This document shows positions 1 to 11,654 of a stretch of DNA of 64,000 nt, piece by piece. This DNA is from Camelus dromedarius. Taxonomy: Eukaryota. The notes below the pieces were generated by a model. It had not been told where the DNA came from and made no database searches. It was given only the letters and a program-made list of their open reading frames with translations. Position numbers and translations under genes: made by a program. The first letter of the stretch is position 1. Each line of letters opens with the position of its first letter. The stretch lies in contig NC_087437.1 of the NCBI RefSeq assembly GCF_036321535.1, forward strand, positions 46,688,001 to 46,752,000. Direction: 5' to 3'.

Positions 1-67
1 AGGGTCTCCACTTTGGACTCAATAAATCTGAAGAATATATCAATGAAATTTGTGTTTTCCAATAATA

Positions 68-494
68 TTTTTTGTAATTGTGGTAAAATACACATACATA
101 AAATTTACCATTTTAACCATTTCTCAGTGTAAATTTCAGTGGCATTAAGTACATTCATGTTTCGCATAGCCTTTAGCATCATCCATCTCCAGAACTCTTT
201 GCACCTTGCAAAACTGAAATTCTAGGTCCTGTGAAATAACAACCCTTCATTCCTCCTTCCTCTGGCAACAATCATTCCTTTTTCTGTCTATGAATTTGAT
301 GAGTTATTTTATACAGGTGTAATCATAAAATATTTGTTCCTTTGTGACTGGCTTACTTCACTTAGCATAATGTTTCCCAGATTCAGTCATGTTGTAGCCT
401 GTGTCAGCATTTCCTTCCTGTTAAAGGCTGAATAATATCCCATTGTTTGTATATATCACATTTTGCTTATCCATTCATCCATGATTGAACACTT
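68..494 (-). mobile_element. Old L1 (L1MA/MB-type) 3' end
   Basis: T-run followed by 'tgtggtaaaatacacat..aaatttaccattttaaccattt' and 'ggcttacttcacttagcataatgttt..ccattcatcc', typical antisense L1 3'UTR/ORF2 end. Confidence 0.85.
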
Positions 495-513
495 CCCCAA
501 GAGATTTTTCTTT

Positions 514-612
514 AAATGTGGAATTATTTACAATGCATGTGTCATCCTTGTGCAGGTGTCGTGCGAATCTCTGATTGTTCCAATGTTAGTATGTGGTTGC
601 CAAACCGAGCAC
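514..612 (-). pseudogene. RNU6: U6 snRNA retrocopy (diverged, near full length)
   Basis: Reverse complement GTGCTCGGTTTGGCAACCACATACTAACATTGGAACAATCAGAGATTCGCACGACACCTGCACAAGGATGACACATGCATTG..ATTCCACATTT aligns end to end with U6; many substitutions and indels; A-rich tract at 505-513. Confidence 0.93.
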
Positions 613-639
613 TCCAAGTCTTTTGGAAGAAACTGACGA

Positions 640-896
640 TGCAGTTTCTCCAGCTGCACATTGGTGGAACATTAAATCAATTTAATTGAGTGACCAGTAT
701 TTTATAAAGACATAGAATAGAAAAAAATAGAACAAGTAAAAATTGTAATAATAAGTAAATATATTATATTATTTTAAAAATTTTGTTTCTGTATCTGTGT
801 GTGTCTCTGGCAGGGGAGGGTGGTATGTGTGCTATGTGAGGACATAAAATGTATTTCTTGTAGTTGCTCTCAATCAAAACAGTGCTAAAGCCACAG
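640..896. mobile_element. Probable hAT-Charlie-type MITE remnant
   Basis: 'cagtttctcca..aaatcaatttaattgagtgaccagtatt' and end 'caaaacagtgctaaagccac' resemble MER-type hAT elements. Confidence 0.45.
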
Positions 897-2326
897 AATA
901 TAGACTAAAGAACCAGAATATAGACTATGATTGGATGATAAGTAAATTAACGCAAAGTTCTAAGCTTGAAATATGCTGTAGGATTACAATAGTCATGATT
1001 TTACTTTGAATATATTCAAAATAAGAGAATGTGAAAAGAAAAAAAAGTGGAGAGCTGCCTTCAGTGAATTGATTTGGACTCCACAGCTCATCATGGAGGT
1101 CTGAAGGTTGCTTATTAATGAGTCATTTTCATAGCCCTGTATCAGGAGTTACATATGAATTTGGCTTCTCTCTGATACACTAAGCTCTTATAGACTCCAG
1201 AAGTAGATGAAGAATTGCTAACGGCAGTAATGAAGAGGTGCGAATGCCACCAGCAATTCAGGATTCCGTTCCAGCTCAGGAAACATACCACCAAAGTCAA
1301 AATTAATTTTCCCCCCTTTGGCATTTTTCTCAACCATATGTGGTTTTTAAATTATTGTGGTGACTTCTCTCACTTTATTGAAAATATACAGGATGTATTT
1401 ATCTAAGATAAATATGATTTTACTTGGTGTGTTTTCTGAAATAATAACACACAATATGCATCAGAAAATAAGGCAATTATATAATAATATAACTGTTTGT
1501 GAATTGTATTTGGTTCTGCCAGAATTTATGAAAGATATATGTTTAACAGATGTAAATGTTTATATTAGATCATATGGAACATAATCGTTCATCTGTCCTT
1601 TAAAGAAGTATGGAAATCTTGTTCATCACCAGGAGAGTCATCTCTGCACTGCTTCAGATGTTCAGTGTATGAGTCGCACCTCAAAACTTCTGTGAGTTGA
1701 CACTGACATTAATACAGGCAAACATAGTATTCCCGAGTAACCAAAGTTCATGCATTGTTTTAATTCACAGGGAAGATGGGGGGGAGGGGCAGACGAATAA
1801 TGGAAAGAGATAGGTAGATATATAGATGTTAATATAGCAAAATGGTACAGCTTACCTATGGAATTAAAATTCTAAAAAATATAGTAGAGACAGGCTTTTG
1901 ACACATAAGAATTATATACAGAACTATAAAACTTATACATTTATAAGAATACTTTATATTGTGTATCTTCATTGAGCTCAGCACTATGTGAAAAAGACCA
2001 AACTGTACACATTTTGCAAAAGAGAAACCAGATTCTGACATTAACAGCCTCGCTGACTCATACTTCATGGATGTATCAGAGGCAGGAATCAATTCCTGGG
2101 GACTGGCTTCCAGTCCAGCCATCATTCCGCTAACTGCTGCATAAGACAAGCAGAATTCTTCCCTACTGTTTACTTTGTCCTTAAAATCTCCCAATTTCAG
2201 GATAAGACACCTTTGACCAATTAGGTAAACTCTGATTAAGAAATTATTGATAATTACCACAAATTCCTAAACAAAAAATACAGAAAAAATAATTTTATGC
2301 TGTCTTTATTTTGCAAACATGTTCTC

Positions 2327-2490
2327 AGCAGAGGTTCCCAAACTTGGGTGAGGCTCAGAATCAGCTACAGGGCTTTTGGAAAATACAGATTCCTCAACAG
2401 CACCCAGACTTCTGTGTTGCTCAGGAATCTCTGTTTTTGTAAAAGCCTACAGCTGATTGTGATGCTCAAGTAATTTTGAGAATTGCTGTT
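2327..2490. mobile_element. MER5-type hAT-Charlie MITE
   Basis: 'cagaggttcccaaactt..cagaatca..aaaatacagattcc..caggaatctctgttttt..tttgagaattgctg' with imperfect terminal inverted repeats. Confidence 0.7.
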
Positions 2491-2519
2491 TTAGAAAAAA
2501 CGCTTTGAAGTAGTTTTAG

Positions 2520-2567
2520 AAATGTCCATCGACAGAGGAATTAATAAGATGTGATACACATGCGCGT

Positions 2568-2608
<41 letters not shown>

Positions 2609-3070
2609 GGACTATTACTCAGCCATAAAAAAGAATGAAATAATGCCATTAGCAGCAACATTGATGGACCTAGAGATTATCATTAAATGAAGAAAGTCAG
2701 ACATAGAAAAACAAATACCATTTGATGTTGCTTATATGTGGAATCTTAAAAAAAGGTACAAATTTTATTTACAAACCAGAAATAGACTCACAGACATAGG
2801 AAAAAAAACCTGGTTATCAGGAGGAAAGGTGGGGGATTGATTAGGAGTTTGGGATTAATAGATACACATTACTATATATAAAATAGATAAACAATAAGGA
2901 CCTACTGTATAGCACAGGGAACTACGTTCAGTTCCTTGTAATGAGCTGTAGTGGAAAAGAATCTGAAAAAAATATGTGTATATATGTATTACTGATTCAC
3001 TTTGTTGTATACATGAAACTAATATTGTAAATTGACTACACTTTAATAAAAAATAAGAATTATAAAAAAA
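2520..3070 (+). mobile_element. 5'-truncated L1 3' end, cetartiodactyl-type
   Basis: 'aatgtccatcgacagag..tactcagccataaaaaagaatgaaataatgcca..ggacctactgtatagcacagggaact' followed by an A-rich tail. Confidence 0.92.
2568..2606 (+). repeat. (CA)n microsatellite inside L1
   Basis: About 19 CA units seen directly. Confidence 0.97.
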
Positions 3071-3289
3071 CCTGTCTGAAAAATTAAATAAATATATGCT
3101 TTATTTACATACCATAATCCACAAGTCTGAAGAAAATCCTGGTTTTATGTAAGCAGAAATTTATAGAAATTGAGACTTCTTGTTTGAGAAAAAGAAAGCA
3201 TAATTATGAAGACAAAATCAGTTTTTCAAAAGAGTGTTTACTAAGAATGGGAAATCATAACAAATACTTTTTTAAAAAATTTTAAACTA

Positions 3290-3760
3290 CAGACATCTGC
3301 CTGACACAATGCTGTGCTTAACAATATCTGAAAATCACTTTATATTAGTTCATAAACATATTCCTCCTTTTTTTTTTAATAAAAGAATGTCCATTATGTG
3401 GATATACCATAGTTTATTCAACAACTCACTTATGGATGGGCATTTAGGATGTTTCCCCTATTTTTCAATGCCTGTGAAAACAATTTTGTATATATGCATA
3501 TTAAAACTACACTAAGATGCCTCCTCTCACCTGTCAGATGGGTAGAAATTAAACAATAACAATACCCTTTTTCAGGGCTGTGGGGACACACGCACTTTCA
3601 CATGTTGTTGGTGAGAAATAAAATTGGTACAACCCTTATGGGATGACATGTAGCATTATCTAAAGTAATTGCATATGTGTTTACAGTTTGACCCCGTGAT
3701 CCCACTTCCAGGAATTTTTCCTGAATATACACTGCCAATAATACGAAAATACATGTACGC
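3290..3760. mobile_element. Old L1ME-type fragments in both orientations
   Basis: 'ccatagtttattcaacaactc..atggatgggcatttagg' (antisense) then 'ggtgagaaatataaattggtacaacc..cccacttccaggaattt' (sense). Confidence 0.65.
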
Positions 3761-3764
3761 AAGA

Positions 3765-4100
3765 CTGTGGTGTGAGGGTGTTCTAACTTCATTGATTTAC
3801 ATGTAGCTGTCTAGTTTTCCCAGCATCATTTTATGAAGAGGCTGTCTTTATTGTATGTTCTTGTCTCCTTTGTCAAAGATTAATTGACCAAAAATTTGTG
3901 GGTTTATATCTGGGCTCTCTATTCTGTTCCATTGATCCATATGTCTGTTTTTGTACCAGTACTATGCTGATTTGATTTCTGTAGCTCTATAGTATTGTCT
4001 GAAGTCTAGGAGGGTTATTCCTCAAGCTTCATTCTTTTTCTTCAGTAATGCTTTGTCAGTTGGATTTTTTGTAATTCCATATAAATTTTAGGATTATTAA
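3765..4100 (-). mobile_element. Relatively young L1 ORF2 internal fragment
   Basis: 'tctgggctctctattctgttccattgatcc..gtaccagtactatgctg..ttccatataaattttaggatt'. Confidence 0.92.
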
Positions 4101-4446
4101 AAAAAATTTGCTAACGCCTATTGCATTACAAAATTGGTTTAATTTTTTTTTCTTCCCAATGACAGGCTTTGTAAATTATGAAAGTTAAGATATACATCTT
4201 TAAGATATATGATTCAATACGAAAATATCAAGCCACTATTAATAGTTTAATTATATAACTGCACTATTTAAAGTAACTATGAAATGTATTTTATGGAGTT
4301 AAAAATCATATAGGATTTGATAGTATATTTATCACACTTGGCAGAAAAAAGTCAGAATATTTCAGTTCTCTATTTTAAAAGATCTTTTATCAATTCTTAA
4401 GAAAGCTATAAAAAATAACTTTTAAACATATGAATAAATGTTCACT

Positions 4447-4805
4447 TCAGTCCTTCAAATGATGTTGGGAAAACTGGACAGCTGCATGTAAATCAGTGAA
4501 ACTAGAACACTCTCTCACACCATACACAAAAATTAACTCAAAATAGCTTAAAGACTTAAACATAAGACAAGACACTATAAATCTCCTAGAAGAAAACATA
4601 GGCAAAATATTATCAGACATAAATCTCAGCAATGTTCTCCTAGGGCAGTCTACCCAAGCAATAGAAATAAAGCAAAAATAAATAATGGGACCTAATTAAA
4701 CTTATAAGCTTTTGCACAGCAAAGGAAACCATAAGCAAAACAAAAAGACAACCTATAGAATGGGAGAAAATATTTGCAAAAATGGGACTGACAAGGGCGT
4801 AATTA
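4447..4805 (+). mobile_element. Relatively young L1 ORF2 internal fragment
   Basis: Translates to L1 ORF2-like '[45 protein letters not shown]'. Confidence 0.93.
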
Positions 4806-7800
4806 ATAGTATTTTCCAAGTAGTCAATCCTAAGTAGTGATATTTATTACAATATTTTAAAAAGTGTTTTATGTATTTGGTCATTCTGGTATCACTGTTT
4901 GAAATGATTTCTATAAAAGCTAGAAATGTTTCGCTGTCTTATGTAATATTGTGCTTATAAGGCCATAGAATAAGTGTGCTACAAAGCACTATTCCAGTGT
5001 TTTGTATTAGCATTTACTCGTCTTTAAAACTATCTATTGTTTGCTATTTATTCAAATAGTTTTGGTACCAGTAATTGCATGTTTACTTCTGTGTGTGCAA
5101 ATGATGTTTTATGTTTTGTGGGGTGTACATGTGATCAAGAACCTCAATGTTTTCAGTCACAAACATTACACTGCTCAAAACTGATCTCGGAAGATTGGCT
5201 GTGAAACATGTAACAGCAATAGCTACTTTGTCTTTGAAGTTAGAATAGAAAAGGCAATTTTTATAGTCTCTTTGTTCATTTGTGAAAAATTGTGGTTTCA
5301 AACAAAATTTTCTGCAGTGCACTTTCAATGGAAAATCATAATGAATGATTTGAAGCAAACTGTGTTTTGCTAGAACGTGTTCCATTGTCGTAAGGATGTG
5401 ATCATAATTTTCTAATAAACATAATAAAGCTCCCAAGTTTTTTATTTTTATACAATTTTTTAATTCCACAGAAGTAGTTTGTTTTATTGGGCAGGCCAGG
5501 GTTGCATTTGTTGCTTCTGAGTTGGTAACTTGAGATGAGTACTTCTTTTTTTATTCCTACTATTTTGATCAACAATTAAAATCTTCATTTATTGACGAAA
5601 TTGCTTGATCCATTCAAGTTTTTGATGAGAAAAATTTTTTGCTCATTGTCATTGTTTTGATCCATAATTTTTAAAATAAGAAAGATTTTGTAATGTCCTA
5701 CTCAAAAATGTTATGTGGTTCATTTATGAGAAGTCTTAATTTTCATTGTATTCAGTTTATTAAAAGTTCAACAAATTGTTTCTCTGGAGTTTTAAATTTT
5801 TTCTTTACAATATTTTCCTTTTCTCAGACCCAAGTATTTTGTATTTCAACCATGATTTGATGTATTAGTTGACACTGAGCTGAAAGATTAGGAAATAATA
5901 AAAGTTTCATTCAGAGTATATGGAATGTGATATATTTCCTTCAAAATGTAAATTAAAGCAAATGCAATAAATTGAAAATTTCAAAGATAATTCTTTTCAA
6001 TAAAATATTTAAAATCTCTATTAAATTAAAGTCAAAGTATAAATCATATTCAATGTGTATTAGAATTTTAAGTCAACAACTGAATTTTAGAATTTAATTA
6101 AAAAATTTAATCTTGTAAAGTACTTTTATCAAAATGAAACTATTTGCAATTCTGTTTTCCAAGGTAAACAATCAGTATCTGAATACACATATGCAAAATT
6201 AGAACATAAATTGTCTAATATAGCAAAATGTTTTTCAGCCACTGTGTGCACCTGTTGCAAATGCCATAGTGATTTATCAGTAATTTCAGAAACATGATTT
6301 GGAACACTGAAAGAGGCTAAGAAATAGACATTTGGCACTACTTGGGAACTGATTCTTCATTATGCAAGAATCTAGTGCATTCATGCTCCCTGAGAGGAAG
6401 GATGAATTTATCTTTGCTTTTACCCAGTGCTGCCATCACTCAACACTTCCTGGTCCAAAGCAATGTCTGTCCCCTTTGTCTGCAGTCACTCATGGAATTC
6501 TCCTGGTGCAGCAGCCTTTTGTTTTGAGGCCATGGGGAGAGATGTTGAGGAGCACCGCCCCGGGGCCTGAGCAGCCTTAGCTACAGTAGTGGCCTCATGT
6601 GTCAGTACATTTCTGTTGTACTTCGCTGTCACAGGGCTCCCTGAAGTGTGGGGCTCAAAGCAGAGCCTCTTGCCTGGATCTAAGCCCAGTAGTGGGGAAT
6701 AAAGGGAAGAGAACATTCACAATATTATTTTGACTCCATATACTTGTCCCAGGAGGTCTGGAAGAATGGCTCCTTCCTTTTTAGTGCAAGCTGCCTTTAA
6801 TGAAACAGCAGGATTGTTCCCACCTGGCCACCTTCTCTCACCAGATTATATTCTTTTGGCAAATATGTGTACTTTTACTTTGAATATGTGGGTGGAAGAA
6901 ATCACATGCAAAATCAATGTTGCTTTTTTTGCAGATAATTGACATCATAGTTGGGAACAAATATTTTATAGTATATTGTATTAGCTCAACTGAGTACTCT
7001 GATGTCCTTGATCTAAAAAGTTTATTAATTAGGCAATTTGTTTTACTCAGGGATAAAAACAAAGAACATAATTATGCTTTATCTCTTTTGAAAGGTTCCC
7101 TGGCCCTTTAAATAAAAGCTGAACAGCTTTATTATTTTAAAGAACTCTAAAAGGAGAACATTTTAAAAATTTAAAAAAAAATGTCTACTTAAGATGTATT
7201 CAGGTATCAGCAACCTGAAAAGAAAGATTAAAGCCAGTTAATTATTCTCCCAGGTGCTTTACACAGTGAATTCATTGGTTTAGGTTCAAAAACCTGGCTG
7301 GAGCTCATTTCTTTCGAGTGTCTCTCCTTTCTAGAACTTCAAACTCCTAATTAAAACAGTTTCCACTTTGGGTGATATTTACAAATGAGTCAGTGCTTAA
7401 GAGAATTGATTAATCTGAATTGGGAATCAGATGTCTAAGAGATCTGTCATTTCTTCATTCTTAAAAACTGCCAACTCACTGAGGGGCTCAGTTACTAATA
7501 CATAAAATTGTTTAAAATTTCTAATAATATTTCTAATTTGAAAACGTTAAGAATTAATCAGAATCCAAATGTGTTCGGAACATCAGTCGTCACAGTACCA
7601 GCCTCCTGCTGACACACTGAGGACTGAGAATTTAGCCAGAAATGGAACCTGAAGTTAATATTTTTGTCATGCTAGTAGACAGAAATCGGGTAGAGTTGGT
7701 CTGCTCAGCAGAAGCAGAGGAAGGAAGGGCATAACTATTCGTTCTGCTGCTCCAGAGTCTGGCAGACTGATCCTAAGCTGGGCCAAATCTTTGTGGGATC

Positions 7801-8042
7801 CCTTGTGGTCCCCTACATTCAACAAGGCCCTTTATTCTAACAGACTGGAGAAACTGTTTCATGGTATTGTGCCTGCCATTGACTTGAGCTGTCACAAGGC
7901 TAAAAATCTGTGACCTATTACTGCTGTAGCAATAGTCTAATAAACCCACTGAATTTCCTTCAAATGTCGATTTGCAAGCCAAGGAGGAATTAAGGGGAAA
8001 CCAGTGTACCTGGGGTACGTTTTAAGAGGCAGCATGAAAAAG

Positions 8043-8610
8043 TGAAGGGTAGCAGAATATCACCCAAAATATACCACTTTGGTATAGGATTATATTGAGC
8101 TGAAAGTAATTGAGAAGAAGCAGATACCAAAAAAGCTATCTGTCCTCCATTTGCCTAAAAGCAGGACATACATTTTTAAAGGTGTCTCCACTCCCCTCTC
8201 TGCTAGAAAGGACAGAAGTTAACCGCTGAAGACAACCCTAGACTTTTACCAGCCCAGAGACAGCACCAGAATAATCTACACAACTGACCTTGGTAAAACT
8301 AGCCCTTATCTACCACTAGCTTCCCAATATATTTGTCTTCCCACAATTTGCCACCTCAAGATGCTCAGAGTTTTTCTCCTTTGTCTTCTCACTTTTCTAA
8401 AATTATTTTTTCGTTAAGATACTATATAATCCCCAGTTCTAATCCACCCTTTGAGTCACTCACCACTAAATGCTCCCATGTGTCCACAAGATGCACATGT
8501 TAACAAAACTGTTCTTCTCTTATTAATCTTTCTTTTGCCAGTCTAATTTACAGAGTCCTGGCTGGAGAACCTAAGGTGGTAGAGGAAAAGCAAGTTTTTC
8601 CTCTCCTGCG
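8043..8610 (+). mobile_element. ERV1-class solo LTR (MER34/MER39-like)
   Basis: Starts TG 'tgaagggtagcagaatatcacccaaaatataccactttgg..ggattatattgagctga' and ends 'aagtttttcctctcctgcg'; possible 4-bp TSD aaag/gaag. Confidence 0.8.
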
Positions 8611-8810
8611 GAAGAGTCAATAGTGTACTACATTTGAATTAAGAAGATGTGAGTTCAGTTTTCGACTCTGCCACTTAGCCATGTGATCACAGCCACTCAC
8701 TCAGTCATTATGAGCCTCAGTTACCTCATCTGTAAGTTGGAAACAGCAAGAGCTGTTGTAAAAGATTAGCTCATGCACATAAAAATACTTTATAAACTTT
8801 AAGTGATAAG
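8611..8810 (+). mobile_element. MIR (5' tip at ~8026-8042 separated by the LTR)
   Basis: 'gactctgccactta..tgtga..gagcctcagttacctcatctgtaa' MIR core. Confidence 0.75.
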
Positions 8811-9237
8811 CTTAAGTGTTTTTACTTCCTCTCTTGAAGTTCCTTAAAGGCAGGGGTTGTAGCTTATTCAGTGGAAAGTAGGTTTATTGTTGTAAGTAAC
8901 TATCTTTGGCAATTCTAGGGTTTGTTGTTAATCACACTCTTTCTGGGACTGTTGCACCTCTTTAGACTTACCTTTGTGGTAGCTCTTCCCATCTCTCAAA
9001 ATCTGCTTTTGAGAGATGTACAGCTCTGTCCTCTTGCATCTTTATCATAACACAGGCAGACTCAGGCTTGAGACATACCAGAAGTTCAGTGCACTGGTCA
9101 CAGGGAAAGAGCATGCCAGGCTTAAATCTTTTCCAGGGAAAGTGGCGTAGCTACAGATGGTGAGCCAGACCTGGAATGAGTGTCCAGTGATTAAAAGAGG
9201 GTAGCAAGTTGGCCTTGCTTCAAATGAATATGCATTG

Positions 9238-9682
9238 TAAAAAAGAATAAAATAATGCCATTTGCAGCAACGTGGATGGGCCTGGAGATTGTCATACTAT
9301 GTGACATAAGCAAGAAAGAGAAAGAAAAATACCGTATGATATCATTTATATGTGGATTCTAACAAAGAAAAAATGGACTTATTTACAAAACAGAAACAGA
9401 CTAACAGACATAGAAAACAAACTTATGGTAACCAGGAGGGAAAAGTTGGGGGTGGAGGGCTAAATTGGGAGTTTGAGATTTGCAGATACTAACTACTGTA
9501 TATAAAATAGATAAACAATGCCCTACTGTACAGCACAGGGAACTATATTCAATACCCTGTAATAGCCTAAGTGAAAAAGAATATGAAAAGGAATATACAT
9601 ATGTATGTATAACTGAATCACTATGCTGCATACCAGAAATTAACACAACATTATAAACCAACTATACTTCAATTTTAAAAAA
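9238..9682 (+). mobile_element. 5'-truncated L1 3' end with TSD
   Basis: Same family as 2520-3070; TSD atgcattg at 9230-9237 and 9683-9690. Confidence 0.94.
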
Positions 9683-9849
9683 ATGCATTGAGGAAGTTTC
9701 CAGGAAATGGAATAACAAAGCCTGGAGTGGCAGTAGTCACAACATTTCCAGACTAGCCAGCAGCCAGAAGTAGGAAGTTTGCTTTCGGAACCAGGTCATA
9801 AGGAACCGTATGTTTCTTATGGGCTAGAGTTTAATTTTTCATGTACGAA

Positions 9850-11600
9850 GTTAGCTGAAATTTATTTTACTTTATTCTTAACTTAAAGTTTTGTCCAGTT
9901 GTTTCTTGTCAACATGTTCTGGAGTAGATTTCTAAATTATAAAGTTTGCTTCTATTTTATTTGTCTTTAAAATATTTGTGGTCTATTCATCAATAACTGC
10001 TTCCAAATTTAATGATTTTCGTCCTTGATTTGTTTATTTTATACGTCTAGGTTTTGTTGAGAAGTATCTTATCTCTTCTTCTTTTTTCTCACGTTAATTC
10101 TCATGCATCATTTTATGAGAGACGTATGGTTTGATTTTGCTGTTACCTGCTGTGAAAGCTTCTCTCTTTCATGAGGGTGGTTCAGCCTGCTTACAATTAT
10201 TATATCTGATATTCTGGTCTTAATTTGCTCGTCTTTTCAAATGCTGTATACCTTACATCCTTCTTTGTTGTTTTCTTTTTATATACAGATGGTATTTCAT
10301 TTGCTGTTACTTTTTTCTGTAACTTCAACAGCAAGCTCTGTGTTTCACAGTTCTAATAGAGGGAACTCCTTTGTATATTGCAAATGTCCATGTTTCTCTA
10401 ATAATCAAACTCAAGGATTAAATGACACATTTTAAAATAGTCCATAATGAAAATGAGGAATTTATTTCACTTTAGTTCCTTCTTACTCTCTCATTCCTCT
10501 GCCGTGATTTCCTTGCCTCACGATTTAGTATCTGTTTGTATAAGTAGAATTTAGATGATTGTTAGAACATCATTCTTATATTACCTATCTTTTATTTTAA
10601 GAAACACCTTGATATTTTACTTTATGACAATATATTAAACCTTTAATTAGATTTAGCTCTGTGTTTAAGATGTTTGAGTGCTCATCACTCACCGTCTTTT
10701 TAAGCAGATCCATAATCTTGAACTCTTATGTTGATCATCTTTCAGTAAGCTGGAATATACCTTCAATAAACTTTTCTTTCAAGAAGGGTTGGTAAGTGAT
10801 CTATTTCCTGAGTCTTTCTATATCTGAAAGTGTGTCTGAATCATCTTCATCTATGAAGAGAGACTTAACTGTGCATGAAATTTCTTGCCAACACATGTTC
10901 TTTACTTCCTCAAATGTGAGTACATGTAATTTTATTTTCTTCTGCATTTATTTTGCTGAGGAGAAATTTGAGGTTTTCTTTTTTTATGATAAGCAGTGTT
11001 TGAGTGTATTTTTCTTTTTTCTATTTTTTTATTCAACAAATATTTATTGAGCAACTGGTATATGCCAGGCTCTTTTCTTGTCACTGGAGGCCTGGTGGGG
11101 AATAAAGTCAATAAACACTCCTGGTTTTGTGGGGTTACATTTTTTTTTTTCCTCTTAAATGCTTACATGATTTAAAATTTTAATATTGTATTTAATTTTC
11201 CATTCTTGAATGTATCTTATTTGAACTATCTTGCTGTTTTCCCTAGGACTTAAGCTAAGGCAGCTTTCTGAAAATGGCAAAAACAAATGTATTTTCCCGC
11301 TCTGGACTTTTTTTTCTACTTATGCCTCAATTTTTCAAGTTGCCTTCCTGGGAGAACCTAGGATTCTCAGTTGCATCTTTATTCTCCATTATTAATGTCA
11401 TCTTTCCCCTGAAAATTTTTATAAACTCTTCATGTGCTTTTGCATTTTAAGAGCTCTACAAATTAATTACTTTATATAACACGTTAGATTTTTGAGTAGC
11501 TTTGCTGTTCAGTGTTTCATTTTCAGGTTTTATTTCTGCTTGTTGTAGTCTCAGTTTCATTGCAATTCTTCATGTTCACAGTGAGTCTCTTTTTATCTCT
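9850..11600 (-). mobile_element. Highly diverged L1ME/HAL1-like antisense sequence
   Basis: T-rich; 'ctatttcctgagtctttc..tctgaaagtgtg', 'ttttgctgaggagaaatttgagg' resemble old L1 5'/ORF1 antisense. Confidence 0.5.
11025..11140 (-). mobile_element. L2 3' end
   Basis: 'attcaacaaatatttattgagcaactggtatgccaggc'. Confidence 0.75.
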
Positions 11601-11654
11601 TCCTGTTGCCTTTTTTCCCTCTGCTGATTCATTAGTGACTTCTGTCACTTTAAA

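Noticed and set aside
894..928. Short direct repeat cagaatatagacta x2 (similar cases near 23664 and 41241)
   Set aside because: Ordinary slippage micro-duplications; no array structure
1194..1240. Plus-strand peptide TPEVDEELLTAVMKR resembling beta-lactoglobulin TPEVDDEAL
   Set aside because: Short match only; no other lipocalin exons and weak splice signals
5570..5615. MDQAISSINEDF resembling a hAT transposase segment
   Set aside because: No flanking transposase motifs or TIRs recognised; too short to call
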